A stretch of DNA of 64,000 nucleotides from Persephonella sp. IF05-L8 (GCF_000703045.1 NZ_JNLJ01000005.1:37023-101022); one strand, 5' to 3'; shown: positions 28,792 through 39,803, counted from the stretch's first letter. Notes: generated by a model not told the origin, from the letters alone. Numbers and translations are program-made.

Positions 28792-29450
28792 TTGGAATTT
28801 CCAGAAATAAAGGTGAAGCAAACACGGATTATTTTATATCGGCAGATTTAACCAGAAAAGAAGATATAGACAGGGTTTTCACAGAAATAGCAAAAATTAC
28901 AGACGAGATAGATGTTCTGATAAATAATGCAGGTATTGGCATTTATGAAAAATGGGAAAATATTTCTGAGGAAGAACTGAGAAAAGTTTTTGAGCTTAAT
29001 TTTTTTGCAGTGGTTTTCCTTACGCAAAAATTATTGCCTCTGTTGAAAAAGTCTAAAGGCACAATAATAAATGTTTCCTCTGTGGCAGGAAAAATATACG
29101 TTCCATATATGGGAGCTTACTGTGCCACTAAATATGCTTTAAATGCCTTTTCTGATAGCTTGAGGGCAGAACTTCAAAAAGATGATGTCCATGTTTTAAA
29201 TCTAATTGTAGGTAGGATAAACACAGGATTTTCCAGCAGAGCTTTAGGCTCTCGGAAACCTCCTGAAACTCCTGCTGGTAATACAACACCTGAAGATTTT
29301 GCAAAAGCTGTTTACAAGGCTTTTGTCCAGAAAAAAAGAGAGATTACATATCCATGGTGGTATAAACCATTTATATGGCTTGCGAATAAATTCTCATCTA
29401 TATACGACCGTAAAGCTCTGGAAAAATGGGAAAATCAGGGCTCAGACTGA
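28704..29450 (+). CDS. SDR family short-chain dehydrogenase/reductase
   Basis: AVITGVSKGLGKAL (TGxxxGxG), NNAG, catalytic YCATKYAL. Confidence 0.85.
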   Translation: MEKFAVITGVSKGLGKALSEEFQKHGYKIIGISRNKGEANTDYFISADLTRKEDIDRVFTEIAKITDEIDVLINNAGIGIYEKWENISEEELRKVFELNFFAVVFLTQKLLPLLKKSKGTIINVSSVAGKIYVPYMGAYCATKYALNAFSDSLRAELQKDDVHVLNLIVGRINTGFSSRALGSRKPPETPAGNTTPEDFAKAVYKAFVQKKREITYPWWYKPFIWLANKFSSIYDRKALEKWENQGSD

Positions 29451-30340
29451 ACCTGTTCAAGATAATACAGCATTCTTGCACCAATTAGAATAATACCGAA
29501 GCTTAGATAAAGCCATGCCAGAAAGGCAAAAATACCACTTAAAGCACCATAAATTGGATTGGCTTTTGAAGCAATAATTATGTATTTGTTGAAAACAGTA
29601 GATATTAGAAAAAGTAAGACAGCAATCAAAACCCCTACATTAAAAACGGTTCTCCAGTTATAAATCATATGGGGTGCAAGGTATTTATAAAGGACAAACA
29701 TTATAAAAATAAAAGATATCAACTGAACAATCAGTCCCACATTTCCAAGGACATCTAATAAAAATTCCAGATGAACATGTAACAGGATTTTATAGAGCAC
29801 ATGCCATACGGCAAATTCTTTGATTAAATTCATCAGAAATGATATTAATAGTCCAATAAAGTAAATTCCCATAAGTATAAGTGTGAAAATTGGGACACCA
29901 AGGAGATAAACCAGAGCCTTTTTCTTTATACTTTCTTCTCTGTTGAAGACATGCATAAATGCTGAATGCAGAGATGTAAAAATGCTGGAGGCAAAGTAGA
30001 AAGAGATTATTAAACTACCAATCCCAAAAAATGTCCTTTTTTCTGTCAGGGTAATCAGAAGATTAAGAAATTCCTGGGTTATCTGGGGAAATAATTTTTG
30101 TAAAGTTTCTACAATAGCCTGTGTATTTATTGTGGCAAAGTAAGAAACAACAACGGTTATAAAAATCAGTAGAGGAAAAAAGGACATAAGAGTATAAAAA
30201 GATATCGCTGCTGCGTGGTATGAAAAACCTTCAAAGAAATAATCAAGGGCAGCCCGGTAAAAGGCTGCCAGATAGTTGTAAATTGCAGATTTATTTTTAT
30301 TCAGTTCTAAATACTTGTAAGGATTTATTTTTTCTATCAA
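29435..30340 (-). CDS. YihY/BrkB family membrane protein
   Basis: Six TM helices; YFFEGFSYHAAAISFYTLMSFFPLLIF signature block of YihY/ribonuclease BN-like proteins. Confidence 0.7.
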   Translation of the reverse strand: MIEKINPYKYLELNKNKSAIYNYLAAFYRAALDYFFEGFSYHAAAISFYTLMSFFPLLIFITVVVSYFATINTQAIVETLQKLFPQITQEFLNLLITLTEKRTFFGIGSLIISFYFASSIFTSLHSAFMHVFNREESIKKKALVYLLGVPIFTLILMGIYFIGLLISFLMNLIKEFAVWHVLYKILLHVHLEFLLDVLGNVGLIVQLISFIFIMFVLYKYLAPHMIYNWRTVFNVGVLIAVLLFLISTVFNKYIIIASKANPIYGALSGIFAFLAWLYLSFGIILIGARMLYYLEQVQSEP

Positions 30341-30347
30341 AAATCCT

Positions 30348-30635
30348 TTAACCTTTTACTACTTCCTCAAGTTTTTTAATTTTTTCTTCTACTTCTTCAA
30401 GAACTTCTTCCCTTTCTTCAGGAGTTAGCTCTTCTCCTTTTTTAAGAAGCGTTTTAATCTTTTCAGAAACATCTGAAACTATTGCTTTCGCTCTGCCTTT
30501 AAGTTCTGCTTCTTTAAGTGAATTTTGTATATCATTTAACTTTTCTAAAAGTTCCTCTCTTCTTTGGGTTGCAGCGTAAGCCCCTGCAGCTCCAACAGCA
30601 GCCCCCAGAAGTAACATTATTAATCCTCTTTTCAT
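30348..30635 (-). CDS. small membrane-anchored coiled-coil protein (YtxH/DUF948-like), paralog A
   Basis: 95 aa; N-terminal Gly/Ala-rich TM, then a charged coiled coil ending KIKKLEEVV. Confidence 0.5.
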   Translation of the reverse strand: MKRGLIMLLLGAAVGAAGAYAATQRREELLEKLNDIQNSLKEAELKGRAKAIVSDVSEKIKTLLKKGEELTPEEREEVLEEVEEKIKKLEEVVKG

Positions 30636-30645
30636 GACTTCCTCC

Positions 30646-30924
30646 TTATATTAGTTTTTCTAATTTTTTGATTTTTTCTTCTACTTTTTTTAATATATGC
30701 TCTTTTTCTTCCAGAGGAACTCCTTTTGTATTTGAGGTTACTTTTTTCAGGAGCTTTGTTATCTCATCAATACTGTCCTTGACTTTTCTTTTTGAGAGTT
30801 CTTTGGCTTTTTTCTCAATAGTAGAAAGTCTTTTTAATAATTCTTTCTGTTTTCTATATAGATAAACCGATAGAAAAATTCCTGCTATGAAGCCTCCAGT
30901 GAAGAAATAAAATTCTCTTTTCAT
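30646..30924 (-). CDS. small membrane-anchored coiled-coil protein, paralog B
   Basis: 92 aa; same architecture; ends KIKKLEKLI; shares the EE.E.IL.KVEEKIKKLE block with paralog A. Confidence 0.5.
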   Translation of the reverse strand: MKREFYFFTGGFIAGIFLSVYLYRKQKELLKRLSTIEKKAKELSKRKVKDSIDEITKLLKKVTSNTKGVPLEEKEHILKKVEEKIKKLEKLI

Positions 30925-30933
30925 TTATTCCCT

Positions 30934-31173
30934 CTATTTTTTTCTTCTTTTTAGCAAAGAAAAAATGCTCATTAAAGATGAAGTATACTCTACATTCTCT
31001 ACAATCCGATAAACCTTTGGGGATAATGCTTTGTAATCAGTGTTAATTCTAATTAAAAGGGTAACAACCTGTTTAAGCAGCATAGCAACAACAATTGACA
31101 TAATAAACAGTCCAATAGTAATAATCACCATACATAGAGCGATAATCCCAAGGAAAAATGTGTTGGCTTCCAT
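30934..31173 (-). CDS. small membrane protein (DUF948-like)
   Basis: 79 aa; one N-terminal TM, then an amphipathic segment; third consecutive small membrane protein gene. Confidence 0.4.
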   Translation of the reverse strand: MEANTFFLGIIALCMVIITIGLFIMSIVVAMLLKQVVTLLIRINTDYKALSPKVYRIVENVEYTSSLMSIFSLLKRRKK

Positions 31174-31186
31174 GGCTCTGTCCTCC

Positions 31187-31564
31187 TTATTTGATAAATT
31201 CCGTTTTTATCGTAGGTGGTTCCAGCATTGTATTACTTACAGTGCATCCCCTTTTGCCTATTTCCATTATTCTATTTATTTGTTTTTCATCTAAATCTGA
31301 GTTAAAGGATACCTTTATTGTAATTTCATCGTATCTGTTTTCTTTTTCATGCTTTTTTCCGACAACTTCTATTTTGAGGTTTTCTATTTTATAGCCTTTA
31401 TGATTTGTGTATGCTTCTACTGTCAGACCAAAGCAATAACCTACCGAGATAAGCATTAAATCAACGGCTCTAAGCCCTGTTGCTGTAATATCAAAACCTT
31501 TGCCATTTACTTCTCCATGAAAATGCCCTTTTTCATCCAGATTTACTATTGCTACTTTCTCCAA
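31187..31564 (-). CDS. OsmC/Ohr family peroxiredoxin-like protein
   Basis: 125 aa; conserved Cys pair (VGYCFGL ... GCTVSNTM). Confidence 0.75.
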   Translation of the reverse strand: MEKVAIVNLDEKGHFHGEVNGKGFDITATGLRAVDLMLISVGYCFGLTVEAYTNHKGYKIENLKIEVVGKKHEKENRYDEITIKVSFNSDLDEKQINRIMEIGKRGCTVSNTMLEPPTIKTEFIK

Positions 31565-31580
31565 TCTTTAAACCTCCTTA

Positions 31581-32420
31581 TTATTTAGGATTAGGTATGT
31601 TTATTATAGGTGTCATCTGCTGGTCATAAGGTATAAGGATTACAGTGTTATTATCTCCTTCAGCATAAGATTTTATATTCTCTATAAATTTCCACTGTAG
31701 ATACTCTTTAGTCAATGAGCCGGCTATTATTTGATTTGCATCTGCTATACCTTTTGCTTCCACCCTTTTTCTTTCTGCTTCTAATTTTTCTTTTTCAACA
31801 ACAAATTTCATCTTTTGCATCTCTTCATAGGCTCTTCTTTTCTGTTCTATGGCTTCAACCACCCTTTTGGGCAGCTTTATATCTCTAATTAGTATCTCAT
31901 CTAAAAGTATATATCTTTTTGCCAGTTCTTTGGAAACCTGTTCCATAAGTTTTTTCTGGATTAAATCCCTTTCCTGATATACCTGTGAGCTGTCAAGGGT
32001 TGCAATAACATCCCTTACAGCTGACCTGATTACTGGTTTTATGATTTTGTCTTCATAGTCCAGACCATACTCAACATATATTTCTGCTGCTTTATCTGGT
32101 TTTATTTTATATAGAACCGTTAGTTCTGTGTTTATGGTTAGACCATCTTTTGAAAGGGAGTTGATTGAGTTTCCTCCCCGTAAGTCGTAGGAATGGGTTC
32201 TAACAGACATTTTTATTATTCTTTCTATAAACGGAACTACAAAATTAAGTCCTGGAGGTAATTCTTCCATATCAGCTTTTCCAAGATGTAGTTTGACACC
32301 AACATATCCACTTGGGATAATCACAAAAGGTGGTGCTATGAGGACAAAAACAACAATTACAATAAAAATGAACGGTAATACTTTTGCCACTGCTGGAACT
32401 TTTATCTGGTTTTGGTTCAT
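31581..32420 (-). CDS. SPFH/band-7 (prohibitin/HflC-like) membrane protein
   Basis: N-terminal TM; SPFH domain (PSGYVGVKLHLGK...); C-terminal coiled coil with EAERKRVEAKGIADA. Confidence 0.8.
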   Translation of the reverse strand: MNQNQIKVPAVAKVLPFIFIVIVVFVLIAPPFVIIPSGYVGVKLHLGKADMEELPPGLNFVVPFIERIIKMSVRTHSYDLRGGNSINSLSKDGLTINTELTVLYKIKPDKAAEIYVEYGLDYEDKIIKPVIRSAVRDVIATLDSSQVYQERDLIQKKLMEQVSKELAKRYILLDEILIRDIKLPKRVVEAIEQKRRAYEEMQKMKFVVEKEKLEAERKRVEAKGIADANQIIAGSLTKEYLQWKFIENIKSYAEGDNNTVILIPYDQQMTPIINIPNPK

Positions 32421-32425
32421 AACTT

Positions 32426-34126
32426 TTAATTCCCCCTTTCTTCTAAATTTTCACTATCAAAAAGTTCAATAACTTCCCCCTCTTCTACAACCTTACCAAA
32501 TGGTTTTTCATAGGAAGAGTAAAAATATGGTGTATAAGCTTTAAATTCGGCAGCACAGGTATCAACAACTTTGTAGGAAACTTTAAGTCTTCTTTCTCTG
32601 ATTTTTTCTTCTGTTGTTTTAAGTAGTCTTGCCAGTTCTCTATCAGAAAATCCCCATTGTTTTGCCTGCTCAAGTTCTTCATCTGTTATAGATGCAAGAG
32701 TTTTTTCTGATAGCTGCTGTTCAAAGTCTATTATTTCTTTTATCTGGGTTAAAAACCATTTATCTATGTGGGAAAGCTGGTAAACTTCATCTACATCCAT
32801 TCCTCTGCGAAAAGCCTCTGCTATATACCAAAGTCTATCTGCATTGGGTCTGACTATGTTTTCTTTAATCTTTTCATCACTTTCTTTTTCTAAACCCATA
32901 TAAAACCCGTATCTGCCAAGTTCAAGACTTCGCAGAGCTTTATGGATACTTTCTTTAAATGTTCTTCCTATGGCCATTACTTCGCCAACTGATTTCATCA
33001 TTGTGGTAAGGGTTGGGTCTGTTTCAGGGAATTTTGCAAAATCAAATCTTGGGATTTTTGTTACAACATAGTCTATTGTTGGTTCAAAAGATGCAGGGGT
33101 TTCTTTTGTGATATCGTTAGGAAGCTCATCAAGGGTGTATCCTACAGCCAGCTTGGCAGCTATTTTTGCTATTGGGAAACCTGTTGCTTTTGAAGCAAGA
33201 GCAGATGAACGGGAAACCCTTGGGTTCATTTCTATTACATAAAACTGTCCTGTTTCTGGATTTTGAGAAAATTGAACATTAGAACCTCCTGTTTCAACCC
33301 CAATTTCTCTGATTACTGCAATAGAATAGTCTCTAAGCATCTGATATTCCTTGTCTGTAAGGGTCATAGCTGGAGCTATGGTAATACTATCCCCTGTATG
33401 GACACCCATAGGGTCAAGATTTTCTATTGAACAGATAATAACGCAGTTGTCATTTTTGTCCCGCATTACTTCCATCTCAAACTCTTTCCATCCAATTACA
33501 GACTCTTCAAGGAGGACTTCGTGGACAGGAGAAGCTTCAAGTCCGGCTTTTACTTTTGGATAAAATTCATCTATATTGTAGGCAATGGAACCTCCAGTTC
33601 CTCCCAGGGTAAATGAAGGTCTGATTATAACAGGAAATCCTATCCATTCTATTACTTCCATTGCTTCTGCTATAGATTTGACAACGGCACTTTTTGGCAT
33701 CTGGAGACCAATCTTTTCCATTGCAGCTTTAAATAAATCCCTATCCTCTGCCTTTTTAATTGCTTCATAGTTGGCACCTATCATCTGGACGTTGTATTTG
33801 TCCAGAATTCCTTTTTCATAAAGGTCAACAGCAAGGTTTAAGGCTGTCTGACCTCCAAGTGTTGGAAGCAGTGCATCAGGTCTTTCCTTTTCTATTATTT
33901 TTTCAATAACCGGTGTTATAAGCGGTTCTATATAGGTCTTATCTGCGACTTCTGGGTCTGTCATTATTGTTGCAGGATTAGAGTTGACAAGTATTACTTC
34001 GTATCCTTCTTCTTTTAAGGCTTTTGCTCCCTGTGTTCCTGAGTAGTCAAATTCCGCTGCCTGACCAATAATAATAGGTCCTGAACCGATAAGAAGAATT
34101 CTGTTGATATCTGTTCTTTTTGGCAT
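32426..34126 (-). CDS. carB: carbamoyl-phosphate synthase large subunit, N-terminal half (split carB)
   Basis: [32 protein letters not shown] canonical CarB N-terminus; one ATP-grasp unit plus oligomerisation region. 566 aa is about half of a full CarB. Confidence 0.85.
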   Translation of the reverse strand: MPKRTDINRILLIGSGPIIIGQAAEFDYSGTQGAKALKEEGYEVILVNSNPATIMTDPEVADKTYIEPLITPVIEKIIEKERPDALLPTLGGQTALNLAVDLYEKGILDKYNVQMIGANYEAIKKAEDRDLFKAAMEKIGLQMPKSAVVKSIAEAMEVIEWIGFPVIIRPSFTLGGTGGSIAYNIDEFYPKVKAGLEASPVHEVLLEESVIGWKEFEMEVMRDKNDNCVIICSIENLDPMGVHTGDSITIAPAMTLTDKEYQMLRDYSIAVIREIGVETGGSNVQFSQNPETGQFYVIEMNPRVSRSSALASKATGFPIAKIAAKLAVGYTLDELPNDITKETPASFEPTIDYVVTKIPRFDFAKFPETDPTLTTMMKSVGEVMAIGRTFKESIHKALRSLELGRYGFYMGLEKESDEKIKENIVRPNADRLWYIAEAFRRGMDVDEVYQLSHIDKWFLTQIKEIIDFEQQLSEKTLASITDEELEQAKQWGFSDRELARLLKTTEEKIRERRLKVSYKVVDTCAAEFKAYTPYFYSSYEKPFGKVVEEGEVIELFDSENLEERGN

Positions 34127-34254
34127 GAAGTTAACCCCACTAATCTGGAATTTTAAATATTTTACACCAAATACGGCTGTTAAACTTTAGTCTTGCATTA
34201 TCAAACTCTTTCCCTATATTAAACGGCAAAATGAGATTTAAGGAGGATTTTACA

Positions 34255-35280
34255 ATGGAAGTCCTTGCCTGGATGTCTAAAAAAAGAGAGGACGGGAAGG
34301 TTTTATGCACTGCATGCAGTCAAAGATGTGTTTTAGATAAAGGAGAACTTGGAAAATGTGGTGTTAGAAAGGTGGGAGAAGATGGAAATCTATATTTAAC
34401 AACATACGGCCTTGCTGCAGCATACAATGTTGACCCTGTTGAAAAAAAACCTTTATTCCATTTCTTACCGGGAACTCCTATTTTTTCAATAGGAACTGTT
34501 GGTTGCAATATGAGCTGTAAATTCTGTCAAAACTGGGAGATATCCCAGCATCCACAGACCCATAATGGCGAAGTATTTGGTATTCAACTTATGCCTGAAA
34601 CAATTGTGAATATCTGTAAAACAAATAATATCCCTTCTATTGCATACACATACAACGAACCTGTTGTTTTCTTTGAGTATGCTTATGACACAATGAAACT
34701 GGCTAAAGAAAAAGGTCTAAAAAATGTATTTGTTTCCAGCGGATATGAAACAAAAGAGGCTTTAGATACCCTTGCACCATATCTTGATGCGATGAATATA
34801 GACCTTAAAGCCTTTAATGATAAATTTTATAGGGAAATAGTTGGAGCAAGACTAAAACCCGTTTTAAAAGCCATTGAACATGCAAAAGAGCTTGGTATCT
34901 GGATAGAACTGACAACGCTGCTTATTCCCGGATACAATGATGATGAAAAAGAACTAAAAGAAGCTGCAAAATGGATTGCATCACTGGATAAAAATATCCC
35001 ATGGCATATTTCCAGATTTTTCCCTGCATACAAAATGAAAGATGTTTCACCTACACCGATTGAAACACTTAAAAAGGCTTATGAGATAGGCAAAGAAGCA
35101 GGTCTGAACTATGTATATGTTGGAAACTTTGATGATGAGGATAGGGAGTCAACCTACTGTCCATCCTGTGGGTTTAGGGTAATAGATAGAAGAGGACATA
35201 TAGGCCAGTATGTTGTTAATCATCTGGAAGATGGAAAATGTCCAAAATGTGGAACAGAAATTGCAGGGGTATGGAAATAA
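34255..35280 (+). CDS. AmmeMemoRadiSam system radical SAM enzyme
   Basis: CTACSQRC...LGKCGVR N-terminal Cys cluster; radical SAM CNMSCKFCQNW; C-terminal CPSCG...CPKCG. Listed ORF starts 34231, but ATG 34255 follows AAGGAGG. Confidence 0.75.
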   Translation: MEVLAWMSKKREDGKVLCTACSQRCVLDKGELGKCGVRKVGEDGNLYLTTYGLAAAYNVDPVEKKPLFHFLPGTPIFSIGTVGCNMSCKFCQNWEISQHPQTHNGEVFGIQLMPETIVNICKTNNIPSIAYTYNEPVVFFEYAYDTMKLAKEKGLKNVFVSSGYETKEALDTLAPYLDAMNIDLKAFNDKFYREIVGARLKPVLKAIEHAKELGIWIELTTLLIPGYNDDEKELKEAAKWIASLDKNIPWHISRFFPAYKMKDVSPTPIETLKKAYEIGKEAGLNYVYVGNFDDEDRESTYCPSCGFRVIDRRGHIGQYVVNHLEDGKCPKCGTEIAGVWK

Positions 35281-35393
35281 CAGCATTTAACTAAGAATTA
35301 CTCGCAAAAACTCCGCAGGCAGTTTGTAATTATTATATCTACAGATATATAATAAGTATTTACCTGTTTAATAAAAAGCTGAGGAGTTTCAGT

Positions 35394-38300
35394 ATGATAA
35401 ACAATAATTTTGACAGAGATGCCTGCGGGGTTGGTTTTATAGTAAACATCAAAGGAATTAAATCCCACAAACTTGTCTCAGATGCATTAACTTCCCTTGC
35501 AAACCTTGACCACAGGGGAGCTGTCAGTGCCGATGGAAAAACAGGAGACGGAGCAGGTATTTTAACCCATATTCCATATAAATTTTTTGAGAAAGAACTT
35601 TCAAAACTTAATATAAATATCCCTGCACCTGAGGATTTTGCTGTAGGTGTATTCTTTTTACCTGTGGGAAAAGAGGATGAGTTAAAACAGCAGATAGAAA
35701 AAACTATAAATGAAAAATTTGCCTTCCTTGGATGGAGAAAAGTTCCTATAGTTGAGGAGGAACTTGGAGTAATAGCAAAATCCAATATGCCGTCCATCTG
35801 GCAAGGATTTATCTCAAAAGAAGGAAAAGAAGTAGAAAACTACGAAAAAGAGCTTTTTATCCTCAGGAAAAAATTAGAAAAACTTGCTGAAAAAGAAGAA
35901 TATAAAGATTTTTATATACCATCTCTGTCAAATAGAACAATTGTTTATAAAGGAATGGTTACAGCCCCAAGGCTGAAATACTTTTATCCTGACCTTCAGG
36001 ATGAAGATTATGAAAGTGGACTGGCCATATTCCATCAAAGATTTTCAACAAACACTTTCCCACAGTGGAAATTAGCACAGCCATTTAGAATGCTTGCCCA
36101 TAACGGTGAGATAAATACTATTTCTGCAAATAGAAACTGGATAAATGCAAAAGCAGAAGACGTTAGAGAAATCTGGGGAGAGCTGGCAGAGGATATTCTC
36201 CCCATAGTCAGATATGATGATTCAGACTCAGCTTCACTGGACAATGCCCTTGAATTCCTTGTTATGTCTGGAAAAGACCCGATGGTTGCTATAAATGCCC
36301 TTGTTCCAAGAGCATGGGAAAATGATGACAGGCTCACAGATACAGAAAAGGCTTTTTATGAGTATTTCTCATGTATTTTTGAGGCGTGGGACGGTCCCGC
36401 TGCTATAGCCTTCACAGATGGAAATGTTGTTATTGGAAAGCTGGATAGAAACGGTCTTAGACCTGCAAGATATGTAATCACAGAAGACACAGTAATAATG
36501 GCTTCAGAAGTTGGGACAGTTGAAATTCCTGAAGAGAAAATACTGAAAAAAGGAAGACTGGGTCCAGGAGATAAAATTGCAATAGATACAAGGGAAGGAA
36601 AAGTTTACTTCTCAAAAGAAGTAATAGACAAAGTTGCTACAGGAAAACCTTACAAAGAGTGGGTTGAAGAAAACCTAAAAGAGTTTGTTCCAGTAAAAGA
36701 ATATCCTGAAGTTGAATACAAAGATATCACAAGGGAGCTTGTTGCTTTTGGATACTCAAAAGACCAGATAAATATGCTGATAAAACCTATGGCAGAAAAG
36801 GGAGCTGACCCTGTTTACTCAATGGGTAATGACACTCCTTTATCTGTTTTATCCAAAAAACCTCAGCTTATCTATACATATTTCAAACAAAGATTTGCAC
36901 AGGTAACAAATCCACCAATTGACCCAATCAGAGAAAAGAAAGTAATGTCCCTTAATACTTATGTAGGTAAAAAGGAAAACTTCCTTACAGAGACCCCTGA
37001 GCATGCAAAACAACTGCTACTCAGCTCTCCTGTGATTTTTGATAATGAGATGGAAGAGCTGATAAAGCTGTATGATGGCAAAGTTGAAATAATACCTGCA
37101 ATATTTGACCCTTACGATGATGCATTAGAGCCTGCTATTGATGATATATGCAGAAGAGTAGAAGATGCCGTTGATAGCGGAAAAGAACTAATCGTTCTCA
37201 CAGACAGGGATATCTCAATAGAAGGTGCACCTATCCCTATGGGGCTGCTTGTTGCTGCTGTAAACAGCTATATGGGAAGAAAAGGAAAAAGAAGTAAGTT
37301 TTCTATAATAGCTGATACAGCAGAGGTAAGGGATACCCATTCATTTGCATTTCTTATTGGGTACGGAGCAACCCTTGTAAATCCATATATGGCTGTTCAA
37401 ATCATAAGAAATCTTGTTGAAGAGGATAAAAAATTTGGACTTTCATTTGAAGAAGCAGTAGAAAACTACCGTAAAGCTGTAAATGAAGGTCTTCTCAAAA
37501 TAATGTCTAAAATGGGAATTGCCACAATCAAGAGTTATAGAGGTTCAGGGCTGTTTGAAGCTATTGGAATAGGAAAAGAGGTAATAGATAAATACTTCCC
37601 AGGAACACCTTCACAGCTTGGTGGAATAGGTGTTAAACAGATAGCACAGGAAACATTAATCAGATTTAATGAAGCATTTGCTTCAGAAAAGGTTTCTGTT
37701 CCAACAGGAGGAGAGTTCAGACACAGAAAAGATGGAGAGTTCCACTCATGGAACCCGCTGGCAGTTAGAGACCTGCACAAAGCTGTTAGAGGAGAAAGCT
37801 GGGAAGAATACCTTAAGTTCACAGAAGACGCATGGAGAGAAAAACCTGTTACAGTGAGAGATTTATTTGAGATACAGTCTGATAGACCACCTATCCCTAT
37901 AGAAGAGGTTGAGCCTGCAGAGGAGATTGTCAAAAGATTTGTTGGAGCTGCTATGTCCATTGGAGCCCTTTCCAGAGAGGCTCATGAAACAATAGCAGAA
38001 GCTATGAACAGAGTTGGAGCAAAATCAAACTCAGGGGAAGGTGGTGAAGACCCTGCAAGATACGGAACAATCAAAAACTCCAAAATAAAACAGGTTGCAT
38101 CAGGTAGATTTGGTGTAACCCCTGAATATCTAAATTCTGCTGAAGAAATAGAGATTAAAATTGCACAGGGAGCAAAGCCAGGAGAAGGTGGTCAGCTTCC
38201 AGGTAAAAAGGTTAACGCTTATATAGCATTCTTAAGAAGGGCAAAGCCTGGAACAACTCTTATATCTCCACCACCACACCATGATATTTACTCTATTGAA

Positions 38301-39794
38301 GACCTTGCACAGCTTATATACGACCTGAAAATGATTAATCCAAAGGCAAAAGTTATAGTAAAACTGGTTTCTGAAACAGGAATAGGAACCATTGCCTCAG
38401 GTGTAGCAAAAGCATTTGCAGATATAATCCATATATCCGGACATGATGGTGGAACAGGAGCATCTCCTTTAACATCTATTAAACATGCAGGAACTGTCTG
38501 GGAACTTGGATTATCAGAGGTTCAGAGGGTTTTAATAGATAATGACCTTAGAGGAAGGGTAAAACTCAGGGTTGACGGCCAGATTAAGACAGGTAGGGAT
38601 GTTATTGTAGGTGCTTTACTTGGAGCAGAAGAGTTTGGACTGGGAACTTCCTTGATGGTAGCTGAAGGTTGCGTAATGGCAAGACAGTGCCACCTTAATA
38701 CATGTCCTGTTGGTGTTGCTACTCAGGATGAAAGACTAAGGGAAAAATTCCCGGGACAACCTGAACACGTAATCAGATATCTTATGTTCCTTGCCCAGGA
38801 CGTTAGAAGATGGCTTGCAGATATGGGATACAAACATCTTGATGATATTATTGGTAGAGTTGACTTTATAAAACCTAAAATCCCAGCAGACCATTACAAA
38901 GCAAAATTTGTTGATATTGGATACATAATCAAGAAACCTGACATGTCTAAACCTATCAGATGTATACAGGACAGAAACGACCCGCCTAAGAAACCGTTTG
39001 ATGAAGAAATCCTCAAAGATATTCTCCCATACATAGAAAAACAGGAAAACTTTGCAGGATTTTATGTGATTAGAAATACATACCGCTCAGTTGGTGCAAG
39101 AATTGCCCATGAGATAGTCAAAAGATACGGAGATAAAGGATTAAGACTTTCTAAAATAGAGCTTAATCTCAGAGGAACAGCGGGACAGTCATTTGGAGCT
39201 TTCTGTGTTCCAGGACTGAACCTCATACTTACTGGAGATGCCAACGACTATGTAGGAAAAGGAATGACAGGTGGACTTATTGTTATAAAACCACCTAAAG
39301 AGTTTAAAGGAAAACCACATGAAAACGTAATAATGGGTAATACATGCCTTTACGGTGCAACAGGAGGACACCTGTTTGCAGCAGGAATTGCCGGTGAAAG
39401 GTTTGCTGTTAGAAACTCTGGTGCTGTTGCTGTTGTAGAAGGGGCAGGAGACCACTGCTGTGAATATATGACAAATGGAACAGTTGTTGTTCTTGGCAAA
39501 ACAGGAGTTAACTTTGGTGCTGGTATGACAGGTGGAGTTGCCTATGTTTATGACCCTGAAGGAGAGATGGAGAGAAATATAAATCCATCCTACGTATTTA
39601 TAGATGAAATGGATGATGAAGATGTAGAAACAATCAAAAGACTTGTAACAAAACATAAAGGATATACAGACAGCGAAATAGCCGGAAAAATACTTGAAAA
39701 CTTTGATGAGGAAATAAATAATTTTGTAAAAATTTCTCCTGTAGAAGTTAAAAAACCTGCTCCAGAAACAGACGAAGCAAAACCAGAAAAATAA
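35394..39794 (+). CDS. gltB: glutamate synthase large subunit
   Basis: 1466 aa; N-terminal Cys amidotransferase (CGVGFIV); FMN/4Fe-4S central domain; GXGXG C-terminal domain. Confidence 0.95.
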   Translation: MINNNFDRDACGVGFIVNIKGIKSHKLVSDALTSLANLDHRGAVSADGKTGDGAGILTHIPYKFFEKELSKLNINIPAPEDFAVGVFFLPVGKEDELKQQIEKTINEKFAFLGWRKVPIVEEELGVIAKSNMPSIWQGFISKEGKEVENYEKELFILRKKLEKLAEKEEYKDFYIPSLSNRTIVYKGMVTAPRLKYFYPDLQDEDYESGLAIFHQRFSTNTFPQWKLAQPFRMLAHNGEINTISANRNWINAKAEDVREIWGELAEDILPIVRYDDSDSASLDNALEFLVMSGKDPMVAINALVPRAWENDDRLTDTEKAFYEYFSCIFEAWDGPAAIAFTDGNVVIGKLDRNGLRPARYVITEDTVIMASEVGTVEIPEEKILKKGRLGPGDKIAIDTREGKVYFSKEVIDKVATGKPYKEWVEENLKEFVPVKEYPEVEYKDITRELVAFGYSKDQINMLIKPMAEKGADPVYSMGNDTPLSVLSKKPQLIYTYFKQRFAQVTNPPIDPIREKKVMSLNTYVGKKENFLTETPEHAKQLLLSSPVIFDNEMEELIKLYDGKVEIIPAIFDPYDDALEPAIDDICRRVEDAVDSGKELIVLTDRDISIEGAPIPMGLLVAAVNSYMGRKGKRSKFSIIADTAEVRDTHSFAFLIGYGATLVNPYMAVQIIRNLVEEDKKFGLSFEEAVENYRKAVNEGLLKIMSKMGIATIKSYRGSGLFEAIGIGKEVIDKYFPGTPSQLGGIGVKQIAQETLIRFNEAFASEKVSVPTGGEFRHRKDGEFHSWNPLAVRDLHKAVRGESWEEYLKFTEDAWREKPVTVRDLFEIQSDRPPIPIEEVEPAEEIVKRFVGAAMSIGALSREAHETIAEAMNRVGAKSNSGEGGEDPARYGTIKNSKIKQVASGRFGVTPEYLNSAEEIEIKIAQGAKPGEGGQLPGKKVNAYIAFLRRAKPGTTLISPPPHHDIYSIEDLAQLIYDLKMINPKAKVIVKLVSETGIGTIASGVAKAFADIIHISGHDGGTGASPLTSIKHAGTVWELGLSEVQRVLIDNDLRGRVKLRVDGQIKTGRDVIVGALLGAEEFGLGTSLMVAEGCVMARQCHLNTCPVGVATQDERLREKFPGQPEHVIRYLMFLAQDVRRWLADMGYKHLDDIIGRVDFIKPKIPADHYKAKFVDIGYIIKKPDMSKPIRCIQDRNDPPKKPFDEEILKDILPYIEKQENFAGFYVIRNTYRSVGARIAHEIVKRYGDKGLRLSKIELNLRGTAGQSFGAFCVPGLNLILTGDANDYVGKGMTGGLIVIKPPKEFKGKPHENVIMGNTCLYGATGGHLFAAGIAGERFAVRNSGAVAVVEGAGDHCCEYMTNGTVVVLGKTGVNFGAGMTGGVAYVYDPEGEMERNINPSYVFIDEMDDEDVETIKRLVTKHKGYTDSEIAGKILENFDEEINNFVKISPVEVKKPAPETDEAKPEK

Positions 39795-39803
39795 GGAGGT
39801 ATC

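Noticed and set aside
35360-35797. 145-aa minus-strand ORF, plus many other 60-160-aa ORFs inside gltB, gyrB, thrS, nuoG-like, carB and others
   Set aside because: They are all antisense to, or out of frame within, long well-supported genes and show low-complexity composition (S/P/I/L-rich). I treat them as frame noise.
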